DNA from: Candidatus Marinacidobacterales bacterium
GTDB lineage: Bacteria; Acidobacteriota; Vicinamibacteria; Marinacidobacterales; SMYC01
Assembly (NCBI GenBank): GCA_965224085.1
Contig: CBDCYI010000011.1
Coordinates: 1,637,188 to 1,701,187, forward strand
Direction: 5' to 3'
DNA length: 64,000 bases
Below are positions 1 to 9,769 of the stretch, one piece after another (position 1 is the stretch's first letter; each line of letters starts with the position of its first letter). The translations under genes and the position numbers were made by a program. The notes under the pieces are model-generated. The model made no database searches and had not been told where the DNA came from. It was given only the letters and a program-made list of their open reading frames with translations.

Positions 1-625
1 CGTCCTCCGTCTCATGCGTCGAAGCGCCATTCTCGTTCGCTATGGGAAGGTGCGTGCCGAGGAGTTCCGCGAGGCACGCCTCCAGCACCTGCCACTTCTC
101 GAGCTCGGCACCGCTCACACGTTCCGCGACCTCATAGGCGTCGTGCCACATCTCCAAAATCTCGACCGGCATCGAGATCGTGACCGAGGCGAACCCGCCG
201 GATCCGCGTCCATCATGACGCCGCACTTCCTTCTCGAGGTCACGATTCGACAGCACGCGAGCTTTCTCGAGCCACTCCTCCTCCGTGTCCGGAGTCGCCA
301 CCGCAACAATCTCCCTCGCCTTCGTCCAGCTCAGCTTACCGGCATCGAACTCCGCACGAATGGCCGGCAAGTTCTCGAGTCGCTCGGCGATGAAGACCAG
401 GTACCAAGCCTTGCGCGGCTTGATGCCGACGAGCTCCATCGCGTAGTCACCCAAAGACGAAAACCCGCGTGTTCTATAAAGCCCCCGCCGATCGATCTCG
501 AGCAACCAATAAGCGATGTTCCGCTCCTCGAGATGGTGGCGGGTGGCTGCTTCGATGAGATGGGACTCGATTTGTTCGACGGAAAGAGCGCGCTCGTGCC
601 TGACCGATTGAGAGAGAGCGCTCAT
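1..625 (-). CDS. DUF222-like protein (probable HNH endonuclease N-terminal region), runs off the left edge
   Basis: Hand translation from ATG 625 (AGGAGG RBS upstream): MSALSQSVRH...LYRTRGFSSLGDYAMELVG...GKLSWTKAREIVAVATPDTEEEWLEKA, open to base 1. Absent from the ORF track. Confidence 0.75.
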   Translation of the reverse strand, partial: MSALSQSVRHERALSVEQIESHLIEAATRHHLEERNIAYWLLEIDRRGLYRTRGFSSLGDYAMELVGIKPRKAWYLVFIAERLENLPAIRAEFDAGKLSWTKAREIVAVATPDTEEEWLEKARVLSNRDLEKEVRRHDGRGSGGFASVTISMPVEILEMWHDAYEVAERVSGAELEKWQVLEACLAELLGTHLPIANENGASTHETED

Positions 626-704
626 GAAAATTCCTCCTGGAATGCGGATTTGGGAGGACAGCGCACGCGGGTCCTGGAACAACTGACTCGCTATCCTAAG
701 TGAA

Positions 705-733
705 ACTATAGTGTATGTATAGAGCGTAGTCAA
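705..733 (-). promoter_or_regulatory. sigma70-type promoter for the DUF222-like gene
   Basis: Minus strand reads TTGACT-17 bp-TATAGT. Confidence 0.7.
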
Positions 734-854
734 GCAAGAAGCCCCTTTTTTTGCAGTTATTTCGGGTCGAAAGAGGTTTCTCGATAGTCGCTCGCTGAGA
801 CCCTCAAATCCGCCCGGTTTGCTCGTGGAAGACAGCTAGGCAGCCTAGTCAAGG

Positions 855-1673
855 CTAGTCCGCGTCGAAGATGACCCAGTATTTTCGGATGTACTCGTCC
901 TGCTTCCACTGATAGCGCATGCCCTTGGGGACGAGCACGACGTCGCCTGCTTTGACGAGCTCTTTGTTTCCAGCATCGTCGATGATCCTCACCGAGCCTT
1001 CGAGGATGCACATCAGCTCGGTATACTCGGGCGCGTGGAATCGGTCGCTCGTCGACGGATCCGCTTCCCACACCCCGGCGGATAGCTTCTCGCTCCGCGC
1101 GGCGTAATACATGTGCTCGCGCGTTCGCCCCTCGCCGGTGAGCTTGCCCGCTGGCCCGTGCGACTCGAAACGGATAAACGAGCCAGCCGCGGTACGGTCG
1201 TACCAATCGTCGGGCTCGCCTTCGTCGAAGATCGCCCAGTACTTGCGGATGACCTCCGACTGCTTCCAATAATGCGTCACGCCGCGCGGTATGAACATCG
1301 CGTCTCCCGCCTCGAACGTTTCTTCCCGGCCGTGCGCGTCGACGAGCGTCACCGAGCCTTCGATGATGTACATGAACTCGGAATAGCCGGGGAGGTCGGG
1401 GCCCGACTCGTAGGGGTCGGCTTCCCAGACCCCGGCCGAGACCCAATCGCTCGTGGGCGCCCTGTAGTACATGTATTCGCGCTCGCCTTCGGCCCCCGCA
1501 CTTTTGAGACCGACGCCTTCGGGCCCTTCCGGCGAAAGGTGAATGAGTGTTTTCGGCGGCGCGACATCCGTGTCCGCCGAAGCCTTTTCGGTGGCCGCCT
1601 CCGCAGGTGGCTCCGCCGGTTGGCAAGCGAGCACTATCGAAACGACAATGAGTAGCGACAATCTCATGAACAT
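855..1673 (-). CDS. Lipoprotein with two tandem cupin (DUF861/EutQ-like) domains
   Basis: Signal peptide ending IVLAC; duplicated SAGVWEADP...E.M.I.EGSV...AGD...P.G...WKQ...IRKYW. Confidence 0.8.
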   Translation of the reverse strand: MFMRLSLLIVVSIVLACQPAEPPAEAATEKASADTDVAPPKTLIHLSPEGPEGVGLKSAGAEGEREYMYYRAPTSDWVSAGVWEADPYESGPDLPGYSEFMYIIEGSVTLVDAHGREETFEAGDAMFIPRGVTHYWKQSEVIRKYWAIFDEGEPDDWYDRTAAGSFIRFESHGPAGKLTGEGRTREHMYYAARSEKLSAGVWEADPSTSDRFHAPEYTELMCILEGSVRIIDDAGNKELVKAGDVVLVPKGMRYQWKQDEYIRKYWVIFDAD

Positions 1674-1765
1674 AAAGGCCTATTTCTTGAAGGCTCGAAG
1701 AGCGCTCATTCTATCCGATAGGGCTCCTTCTTGACCTCTTCGAGCGTCTCGATTCTAATGGCCCC

Positions 1766-3451
1766 ATGATGAAACGATGCTTCTCCGTCCTCGTCGCGGT
1801 GCTAGCGCAAGGGCTTCCGGCCGCCGCGCAATCCGTCGCTCCCGGAAACGAAACGATTCTCGAGCAAGAGCTCCGGGCCGATCTTTTCTTTCTCGCCTCA
1901 GACGAGCTACAGGGCCGCCTCAGCGAAACGCCCGAGAACCGGACCGCAGCGGCGTTCATCCGCTCGCGCTTCGAGCGCCTCGGGCTCGAGCCGATGGGTC
2001 CCGAAGGCTCCTATTACCAGCCCTATCGTTTGATGCGCGCGCGCCTCGGAGGCGAGAACGAGCTCGAGCTGATGCGCGAGAACAGCACGACCCTCAGAGG
2101 CCAGCTCGGTGAGAGTTTCTTCCCGCAGACGTTTAGTGCGAGCGGGAGCGTAGAAGCCGAGCTCGTCTTCGCGGGCTACGGGATCAGCGCTCCCAAACTG
2201 TCACACAGCGACTATGGGTCGCGTGCGCTCGGTGGCCTGATCGTGCTCGTTTTGGATCACGAGCCCGGCGAGCGGGACCCCGAAAGCATGTTCGACGGTG
2301 TCGTGACTTCGGAATACTCGCGCAATTTGCGCAAAGCTCTGTACGCTCAACGCGCGGGCGCCGCGGGAATTCTCTTCGTCACCGACACCCACAACCATCC
2401 GGGCCCTTCCAATTTCTCGCGCCTCGCTCTTAGAAGCTGGCCGGATCCACCGCGGCGGATTCCACGATACACGCTCGCGAGCTGGGCGGAAGCGGTGCGC
2501 ATCCCGGCGCTTCAGATTTCGACTTCGCTCGCCGAAGCGCTCGTGAACAGCACGGGGCGCTCGCTCGACGAGCTCGCGCGCGAGTCCGAGACGGCGGGAG
2601 GCATCGAGCCCATCCCGGTACCTTCGCTTCTCCTTCGGCTTACCACGAGCGTCGAGCGCCAGAGCGTCGACGACCGCAACGTCGTCGCCGGAATCGTTGG
2701 ATCCGATCTACGGCTGAAGAACGAATGGGTCATCGTGTGCGCCCATTACGACCACGACGGCGCCGATTCTGCGCGTGTGTTCAACGGCGCGGATGACGAC
2801 GGCTCGGGCACGGTAGCGCTCCTCGAAATCGCCGAAGCCTACGCGCTCGCCGCCCGAAACGGCGAGCGTCCGAAACGAAGCGTGCTCTTTGCAGCCTGGA
2901 ACTCGGAAGAGCGCGGCCTTCTCGGTGCTTGGGCCTATGCGGAGAACCCGCTCGTCCCGCTCGAGCAGACCGTCGCTACGCTCAACATGGACATGATCGG
3001 CCGCAACGAAGAAGTGCGCGTGGGTGGTGGGCGACGTTTCCGCGGCCTCGAGCTGCAAACGGCCGAATCGAACAAGAACGCGGTCAACATCATGGGCTAT
3101 AGCTACAGCGCCGATTTGAAACGCGCGGCCGAGGAAGCGAATCGCGGCTCGGAGCTCGAGCTCAAGATGCGCTACGACAACAACCCTTCCAACCTGCTAC
3201 GCCGCAGCGACCAGTGGCCGTTTCTCCAAAAGGCTGTCCCGTCTCTTTTTTTCCACACGGGCCTTCACCCCGACTATCACACCGAGTTCGACGTCCCCGA
3301 GCGCATCGAATACTCAAAGCTCGAGCGCATCGCCCGCCTCGTTCACCAAATGAGCTGGGATCTCGCTAACGACGAAAGCCGTCCGGGATTCGACAAACTC
3401 GACCAGGCTGCGGCCACCGCCGATCCGCAAACCGATCCGGATCACTACTAA
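1766..3451 (+). CDS. Secreted M28-family peptidase with PA domain
   Basis: Signal peptide; AHYDH, NGADDDGSG, SEERGLLG, LNMDMIGR, RSDQ, DYH motifs. Confidence 0.9.
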   Translation: MMKRCFSVLVAVLAQGLPAAAQSVAPGNETILEQELRADLFFLASDELQGRLSETPENRTAAAFIRSRFERLGLEPMGPEGSYYQPYRLMRARLGGENELELMRENSTTLRGQLGESFFPQTFSASGSVEAELVFAGYGISAPKLSHSDYGSRALGGLIVLVLDHEPGERDPESMFDGVVTSEYSRNLRKALYAQRAGAAGILFVTDTHNHPGPSNFSRLALRSWPDPPRRIPRYTLASWAEAVRIPALQISTSLAEALVNSTGRSLDELARESETAGGIEPIPVPSLLLRLTTSVERQSVDDRNVVAGIVGSDLRLKNEWVIVCAHYDHDGADSARVFNGADDDGSGTVALLEIAEAYALAARNGERPKRSVLFAAWNSEERGLLGAWAYAENPLVPLEQTVATLNMDMIGRNEEVRVGGGRRFRGLELQTAESNKNAVNIMGYSYSADLKRAAEEANRGSELELKMRYDNNPSNLLRRSDQWPFLQKAVPSLFFHTGLHPDYHTEFDVPERIEYSKLERIARLVHQMSWDLANDESRPGFDKLDQAAATADPQTDPDHY

Positions 3452-3559
3452 CAACGCCTGGGCGCACCAAAGTCGCAAAAACGCGATAAGAAAAAAGCAC
3501 GATCAGAGGTCTCTTTTCTTTCTTTGTTTCTCTTGCCCTTTAGGGTTGGCCCGCTTCAA

Positions 3560-3720
3560 CCTTCAAACATCCACAGCTCCTGCGGATAAGATGTGGAGAA
3601 CCTGTGAATTCGTTGTTGACAACGAGAACACACAATATCTTGGGCCTGTGGATGAAAAAGCCACAAAAAGTAGTTGACCGCTTATTGCGGGGATGGCAGT
3701 ATTTTGTTCTCAACGGATAC
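3560..3720. promoter_or_regulatory. Cluster of DnaA-box-like 9-mers beside an AT-rich tract
   Basis: TGCGGATAA 3581, TGTGGAGAA 3592, TGTGGATGA 3647 (1 mismatch to TGTGGATAA); ACATCCACA 3567, TGTGAATTC 3603, TGTTGACAA 3614 (weaker). Confidence 0.5.
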
Positions 3721-3899
3721 CCAGACTTTGCGTTCGACGGAGGTGCGGCACTCATGAAGACGAACGGCATCCTTTGGGTATAGGGGACGGCGTCACGGCC
3801 GTTCAACTTCAATGAGGCCCGATGGTTCCCCCCCATCGGACCGAGCTTAACTTCCTCCTCACGGCTTCTGTCCTGGACTTATAATGTCTCTTCAGACGC

Positions 3900-5933
3900 A
3901 TGCACGTCATCCAGCCAGCCAAAACCAAGCGCACTACCCCGTCGAGCCGGTCCGGAGCCCACGCTCTGAATGCTTCTGCCGACTCGAAAAGCCAGCTGAG
4001 AGGTAGAGCCCTCATCTTCTGGGACCCCAAGCGGCCCGAACAAAAACTCGACGCCATCGATACCGACCAGATCACGCCTGCTACGGACTGCGTTTCGGAA
4101 AGCCTCGACTCGCTCGACGAGAAGTGGAAAATGGGCGCATTCCGTTACTTGATGCCGGATTTCCGCAAACGGGTGCACGCGGGCGAGACGTTCGTCGTCG
4201 CCGGCGCCCGTTTCGCCATCGGCTCCTCGCGCGAGATGAGCCCCGCCGGCCTCAACGCCGTTGCTGAAGAGGTCGGCCTTGAGATGGTCATCGTCTGCGG
4301 CGACAACATGGGTGACATCTTCCGACGCAACGCGTTCAATCTCGGGCTCGAAGTTGTGCAATCCCCCGAAGCCGTTGACGACGCGCGCGACGGGGACGAG
4401 CTTTCTTACGATCGCGAGACGCGTGAGCTCGTGAACATTACCCAAAAAAAGACCTACACACCGCTCCCGCTGACGGCGAAGGAAGACGAGATCCGCCGCT
4501 CCGGAGGGATCTTTGCCGTCGGCCGCCGCGAGTTCCCAGAATCGGTGCAGCGCCAACCGGTAATCGTTTGGCCCGACGAAGAGACCGCGCACGGGCTCAC
4601 GACGACTGAGCAGATCGTGTGGGCGCACCGCTTCGACAAAGACGCCAAGGTCGAGCCGGGTGAGACGTTGCGCGTCTATGCCGATCTTCTCCCTGCATCG
4701 GACGGCACCGCGCCGTTCGCGATCCATACCTTCAACCAAATCACGGGTGGCGACGCTATCTACCCGCGCCAGGCCGCCGTGGCCAATGATCATTTCGTCT
4801 TTACCGGTCGCGATTCAGACGACAAGCAGACCTCGATCGGTCGCGCGTTCGCAAAGCTCCAAGGAATGGAGAAGCCCTATTACGCGACGCCAGGCGACGG
4901 GATCTTTCACTTCTACTTTCCCGAGCAAGGCCTAATTCTTCCCGGTCAGTTCGTTCCCGGCGCCGATTCACATAGCCGCGCCTATGGAGCCTATGGAGCG
5001 ATTGGGATTGGGGTCGGCTCGACGACGCTCGGCTTCGGTTGGTCGACGGGTTACATCTATTTCACACTCGCGCGCGCGCGTCGCATCGCGTTTAAAGGCA
5101 AGCTTCAGCCTTGGGTCAGCGGGAAGGACATCGTGCTCGCGCTCCTCGCGCGTTGGGGCGCTGAGCAGTCTCAGGGCATGTCCGTCGAGTTCGTCGACGC
5201 AAACTTGGAGCTTCCTATCGCCTATCGCAACACGATCTGCAACATGATGGCGGAAGCCGAAGCGCAAAACGGTATCTTCGCGCCGGACGAGCTCACCTAT
5301 GCGTGGTACCGCGACCAAGGCGGGAGGACCGATCTCCCCTATCCGCCGATCCGTCCCGGTACTGACGCACATTACGCGATCGACGAGACGCTCGACCTCT
5401 CCGAGATCGTGCCCATGATTGCGAAACCTTATTCGCCTGGAAACGCCTTCGCCGCCGAGGACGTCGCGGGCGAGCGGCTCGCGTTCGACAAAGCCTACAT
5501 CGGCTCATGCACAAACGGGAGCTATCAGGACCTCTTGCAGGCCGCGCTCGTGCTCTATATGGCGAGGCGGAACGGACGCGATCGCGCGGCGTGCGATTTC
5601 ATCATCTTTCCGGGCTCGGGTGGTGTGAAACAGCAGATCGAGCGGCCCGAGCCTCGCCTCGGCGGAGAGTCGATCGCCGAGGTCTTGCGCGCTGCGGGAG
5701 GTCAGATCCGAGACTCGTGGTGCGGCCCCTGCTTCGGCCAGGGCCCCGACGCTCTGACAGAGGGCGAAACGGCGATCACGTCGTTCAATCGGAACTGGCA
5801 AAATCGCATGGGCCTCGGCGGTCGGGGCTATCTCGCGAGCCCGGCCATCGTCGCCGCCTCGGCACTTCTCGGCTATATGGGCCCACCGAGCGAGCTCGGC
5901 CTCACGTGGAGCCCCGAAGAGTTTGGTTTGTGA
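3900..5933 (+). CDS. Aconitase-family hydratase with LeuD-like swivel domain fused N-terminal to LeuC-like domain
   Basis: IDTDQI, GSSRE, IFRRNAFNLGL, then GADSH, GSCTNG, CGPCFG, NRNW.NRMG, YLASPA. Confidence 0.85.
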   Translation: MHVIQPAKTKRTTPSSRSGAHALNASADSKSQLRGRALIFWDPKRPEQKLDAIDTDQITPATDCVSESLDSLDEKWKMGAFRYLMPDFRKRVHAGETFVVAGARFAIGSSREMSPAGLNAVAEEVGLEMVIVCGDNMGDIFRRNAFNLGLEVVQSPEAVDDARDGDELSYDRETRELVNITQKKTYTPLPLTAKEDEIRRSGGIFAVGRREFPESVQRQPVIVWPDEETAHGLTTTEQIVWAHRFDKDAKVEPGETLRVYADLLPASDGTAPFAIHTFNQITGGDAIYPRQAAVANDHFVFTGRDSDDKQTSIGRAFAKLQGMEKPYYATPGDGIFHFYFPEQGLILPGQFVPGADSHSRAYGAYGAIGIGVGSTTLGFGWSTGYIYFTLARARRIAFKGKLQPWVSGKDIVLALLARWGAEQSQGMSVEFVDANLELPIAYRNTICNMMAEAEAQNGIFAPDELTYAWYRDQGGRTDLPYPPIRPGTDAHYAIDETLDLSEIVPMIAKPYSPGNAFAAEDVAGERLAFDKAYIGSCTNGSYQDLLQAALVLYMARRNGRDRAACDFIIFPGSGGVKQQIERPEPRLGGESIAEVLRAAGGQIRDSWCGPCFGQGPDALTEGETAITSFNRNWQNRMGLGGRGYLASPAIVAASALLGYMGPPSELGLTWSPEEFGL

Positions 5934-7579
5934 TGTCGAGCTCTTTCGTACCTCGTAACTACCAACCGTCGCTCCCAGCGGACGAGCTGATCCGCGAGGA
6001 GAAGCCTGGTGATGAAGCCGTCCCGATGGATGTGGTCTTCGTCGGCGGCGGGCCCGCGGGTCTCGCCGGCGCCATCGAGCTCGCGAAGCTCGTTAGCAAA
6101 GATGGAGAACTCGGTGAAATCGAGATCGGCGTTCTCGAGAAGTCGGAAGAGCTAGGACAGCATTGCCTCTCCGGAGCGGTCGTGAACCCTATCGCCTTCC
6201 GAGATCTCTTTCCCGATCTTTCCGACAGCGACTTCCCGTTTCGCGCGAGAGTGCACGACGAGCGCGTCTATTTCGTGACGGAACGCAGCTCCATGCGCCT
6301 CCCAACCCCGCCGACGATGCGAAACGAAGGCAACTTCGTCGCATCGATCTCGGAGTTCGTGCGCTGGCTCGGCGAAAAGGCCGAGGGGCTCGGCGTCAAT
6401 TTGTTCACCGGCTTTCCCGCGGACGCGCTCCTCGTGGAAGGCTCGCGCGTCACGGGCGTACGGACGACGCCCGGCGGTTTGACAAAAGACGGCAAGCCCG
6501 GCGGCAACTACATGCCGCCCACCGACGTGACCGCGCAAGTCACTGTGCTCTCCGAAGGCACGCGCGGACCACTCACCCAAGCCTATCTGGGCTGGCAGAG
6601 GATCGCGTCACCGAACCCGCAGATATACGCGCTCGGGGTGAAAGAGCTCTGGGAAACGAAGCGCCCCCTCGACGCGGTCATCCACACGCTCGGTTGGCCG
6701 CTCCCACGCGACGCGTTCGGCGGGAGTTTCTTCTACCCGTTCACCAAAAACCTTGCCGCCATCGGCCTCGTCATCGGCCTCGACTACAAAGAGTCCTCGC
6801 TCGACGTGCACGCCCTCTTGCAGGACATGAAGCAGCACCCCCTCTTCCGTCCCTACCTCGAAGGCGGCGAAATGCTCGAGTGGGGCGCAAAAACGATCCC
6901 GGAGGGCGGTTACTATTCGCTCCCCGAACGGCTTCACGGAGACGGGCTCGTCATGGTCGGCGACGCGGTCGGCTTCGTCGACGTGCCCTCTCTCAAAGGC
7001 GTCCACTACGCGATGAAGTCAGGCATGCTCGCCGCGCGCACGATCTACGAGGCGCTCAAGAAAGGCGACACAAAAGCCGCGACGCTCGCGAGCTACGACC
7101 AAGCCGTTCACGCGAGCTTCATCCGCAAGGATCTTCACCGCACGCGCAACATGCGGCTCGGTTTCAAATCAGGCTTTTACGTCGGCGGCTTCAAAGCCGG
7201 CCTCATGACGGTGACAGGCGGCGCCGCGTTCGGTTCGAAGATCGACGTCGAAGAGGACGCCGCCGATCGCAAGACGGTCACAGAGTCGAAAGAGCTCAAA
7301 CCCGACGGCTCGCTGACGTTCAGCAAGCTCGACGCGGTATTCCGCTCCGGCAACAATACTCGCGACGACATGCCGTCCCACCTCACGGTGTCTAGCGATA
7401 TCCCGCCCGAAGTCGCGCGCTTCTACGAGCACATATGCCCCGCCGCCGTCTACGAGCGGCAAGGTGACGAGCTCGTCGTCAATTTTTCCAATTGCGTCGA
7501 TTGCAAGACGACCGACGTGCTCGGACCCCGGTGGCGCCCGCGCGAGGGTGGAGCGGGGACTAAATATAAGAGGATGTGA
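5933..7579 (+). CDS. Electron transfer flavoprotein:quinone oxidoreductase
   Basis: ATG overlaps upstream TGA; VGGGPAG, GVKELW, GAKTIPEGG, C-terminal CPAAVY/NCVDCKT. Confidence 0.9.
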   Translation: MSSSFVPRNYQPSLPADELIREEKPGDEAVPMDVVFVGGGPAGLAGAIELAKLVSKDGELGEIEIGVLEKSEELGQHCLSGAVVNPIAFRDLFPDLSDSDFPFRARVHDERVYFVTERSSMRLPTPPTMRNEGNFVASISEFVRWLGEKAEGLGVNLFTGFPADALLVEGSRVTGVRTTPGGLTKDGKPGGNYMPPTDVTAQVTVLSEGTRGPLTQAYLGWQRIASPNPQIYALGVKELWETKRPLDAVIHTLGWPLPRDAFGGSFFYPFTKNLAAIGLVIGLDYKESSLDVHALLQDMKQHPLFRPYLEGGEMLEWGAKTIPEGGYYSLPERLHGDGLVMVGDAVGFVDVPSLKGVHYAMKSGMLAARTIYEALKKGDTKAATLASYDQAVHASFIRKDLHRTRNMRLGFKSGFYVGGFKAGLMTVTGGAAFGSKIDVEEDAADRKTVTESKELKPDGSLTFSKLDAVFRSGNNTRDDMPSHLTVSSDIPPEVARFYEHICPAAVYERQGDELVVNFSNCVDCKTTDVLGPRWRPREGGAGTKYKRM

Positions 7580-8028
7580 TTTTGGTAGCGATTAGCAATC
7601 GGCATTCAGCACTCACGGGCTTGCTTTCAGGCATTGCCGTCCTTTTGGGGGTTGTGCTCGTTGGGACGGGCTCGGGTCAAGAAGGCGAGTTGGGGTGGCC
7701 CCGGGAGATTGATGATCCTCGCGCTCGGATTCTCATCTATCAGCCTCAAGTCGATTCACTCGTTCAGAACGATTTGAAGGCGCGGGCGGCGCTTTCGGTC
7801 ACGACTCCGGGCTCGGAGCAGCCGGTTTTCGGCGCGGCTTGGATCGAGTCTCGGATATCGACGGACCGCGACGATCGGACGGTGACGATACTCGAGACCA
7901 AAGTGCCGCGCGTGCGGTTTCCCGACGCGACGCAACAGCAGCAGGAGGCGCTCGCCGCAATCCTGGTGGAAAATATCTCGAACCAAGACACCATGGTAAA
8001 ATTGATGGGTGATCGAGAGCGGGATTGA
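7576..8028 (+). pseudogene. Probably truncated N-terminus of a large secreted protein
   Basis: Signal peptide, then WPREI...IYQPQVDS...PVFGA, recalled as the N-terminus of much longer proteins; ends abruptly in the next module. Confidence 0.5.
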
Positions 8029-8248
8029 GACGTTCGTCTCACGCGAGTGGGACGCTGCGCGGAAAGCGAAAGACGAGTATTGGGCCGAGCGCATCGCACG
8101 TCTCGGGCCGGTCGAAAGCTTTCGAATCTCGGAAGAGCTGCGGCAACAGGCCATGCTCCAACATCCGGGATGGCCGCATCCGTCGGATCGTAGCGAGGAC
8201 ATACTCGCTCACCAGCGGCTCGCTGAGCTCCTGCGCCGTGCCGGTTGA
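8009..8248 (+). CDS. Small protein, putative partner of the downstream nucleotidyltransferase
   Basis: 79 aa helical ORF overlapping the next start. Confidence 0.55.
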   Translation: MIESGIETFVSREWDAARKAKDEYWAERIARLGPVESFRISEELRQQAMLQHPGWPHPSDRSEDILAHQRLAELLRRAG

Positions 8249-8801
8249 GCCCGCTGCCATAGAGTTGTTAGCGGACCTGTCGAAGGTCCTAGCCAATTGG
8301 GGTCGCTGGTACGTTTTCGGCGCCCAGGCTGTTACCGCCTACGGCGTCCCGAGATTGAGCGCAGACGTAGACGTTACCATCTGGCTAGTTCCCCAAGAGC
8401 CGGAGCGGTTCGCGAGCGACATGAAGGCAGCGGGATTCGCCCTCCGTGTCGAGGATCCCGACTTCGTACGTCGCACCAGCGTGATGCCGTTCGTTCACCT
8501 CGCTACCGCCATGCCCGTCGACGTCGTGCTTGCGGCGTCGGGCCTCGAGGACGAGTTTCTCAATCGAGCAAAGGAGATGGATTTCGGCGGTACCCGCGTA
8601 CCCATAATCGACATGGAGGACTTGGTGATCGCAAAGGTGCTAGCGGGCCGTCCCAAGGATCTCGAGGACGCGCGAAACCTCTGGCGGATTCATGGACAAG
8701 AGCTGGATACAGAGCGAATCCGCCGTACGTTGCGACTTCTCGAAGAAGCGTTGAGCCAAAACGATCTCGTTCCCACCTTTGAATCGATCCAGCAAAGCTA
8801 G
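8238..8801 (+). CDS. Nucleotidyltransferase-fold protein (DUF6036/AbiEii-like)
   Basis: GTG 8238; GAQAV.AYGVPR.SADVD and EDLVIAKVLAGRPKDLEDA. Confidence 0.75.
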   Translation: MPVEPAAIELLADLSKVLANWGRWYVFGAQAVTAYGVPRLSADVDVTIWLVPQEPERFASDMKAAGFALRVEDPDFVRRTSVMPFVHLATAMPVDVVLAASGLEDEFLNRAKEMDFGGTRVPIIDMEDLVIAKVLAGRPKDLEDARNLWRIHGQELDTERIRRTLRLLEEALSQNDLVPTFESIQQS

Positions 8802-8929
8802 AGTGCCGCGAGTAACCGTCGTGAGTTATTCCGTCCGAACGGCGCGCTTCAACCGCGCTCGCACGACTCAGACTTACGAAATCACTCGAGGGAGTGAAGA
8901 GCTCCTCCGAGCTCCAGACGCGTCGATCC

Positions 8930-9230
8930 CCAAAATGTTGCGCCCCGACTTTCTCGAACTCCTCTTCCGACATAAGATGCTCGCCTTGCTCCGCGCCCAC
9001 GGGCTCATTTCCCAACAGCGCATCGACCTGTTTTGGCGTCCATAACCGAACCACCGTTTACCCCTCCGACTCCGAGGGCCTGCACAAGTTGGCCTGCAAC
9101 CTCATGCGGGCGCCGGTCAACCTTTCCCGACTGAGATTCGACCGCAGCTCCGGACTCATCGTCTACGAGCCCAAAGCTGGACACGGCGTCGACCTAGCCG
9201 AGCTCACCGACCCGCTCGAGTTTCTCGCCC
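8930..9230 (+). pseudogene. IS91-like (Y2) transposase remnant
   Basis: FRHKMLALL...LISQQRIDL, frame change, then GVHN...LHKLACNLMRAPVNLSRL...DPLEFLA. Confidence 0.6.
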
Positions 9231-9339
9231 CCGAAGGGCGTAGGCGGATGAACCTATCGCCCCCTTCCGCAGTACTACCCAGTGACATGGATGAAGCGAC
9301 TAAAACTTGCCCTTTTTGCGCCGAGCCAGCGAGGACGGC

Positions 9340-9663
9340 ATGAGCACAAAGACTTGCCCATACTGCGCGGAAGAGATTAAGGAAGCCGCGATCAAGTGCC
9401 GCTACTGCGGCAGCATGCTCGGGCCGCGCAAGGCCGCGGGCGAGTGGTATCGGGATCTCGAGAACAAGATTCTCGGAGGGGTCTGCGCCGGCCTGGAAGC
9501 TCAGTTCGGCTTGTCAGTGACCGCGCTTCGGATAGCCTTTGTGATCGGCGCGTTTATCGGGGGTTGGGGGCTTCTCATCTATTTGGCGCTCTGGGTGATC
9601 ATGCCGGCGGCCAAAAGAGACGAACCGCCGAGCAAGCCTGTGCCCGAGCTTCCGAAAGAGTAG
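9340..9663 (+). CDS. Zinc-ribbon plus PspC-domain membrane protein
   Basis: CPYCAEEI...KCRYCG; YRD..NKILGGVCAGL...Y..LWVIMP. Confidence 0.85.
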   Translation: MSTKTCPYCAEEIKEAAIKCRYCGSMLGPRKAAGEWYRDLENKILGGVCAGLEAQFGLSVTALRIAFVIGAFIGGWGLLIYLALWVIMPAAKRDEPPSKPVPELPKE

Positions 9664-9769
9664 CTCGCCCCGCGCTCACCTCCCCACGTCGCACGGAAAC
9701 TCTCTGGTATAAGCGGCACCGTTGCGATATCGTGCTGCGAGGAAAACTGACTGCTTCAGGGAGTTGCGC

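Noticed and set aside
14-703. 229-aa plus-strand ORF
   Set aside because: Antisense shadow of the minus-strand DUF222-like gene, which has the RBS, promoter and motifs
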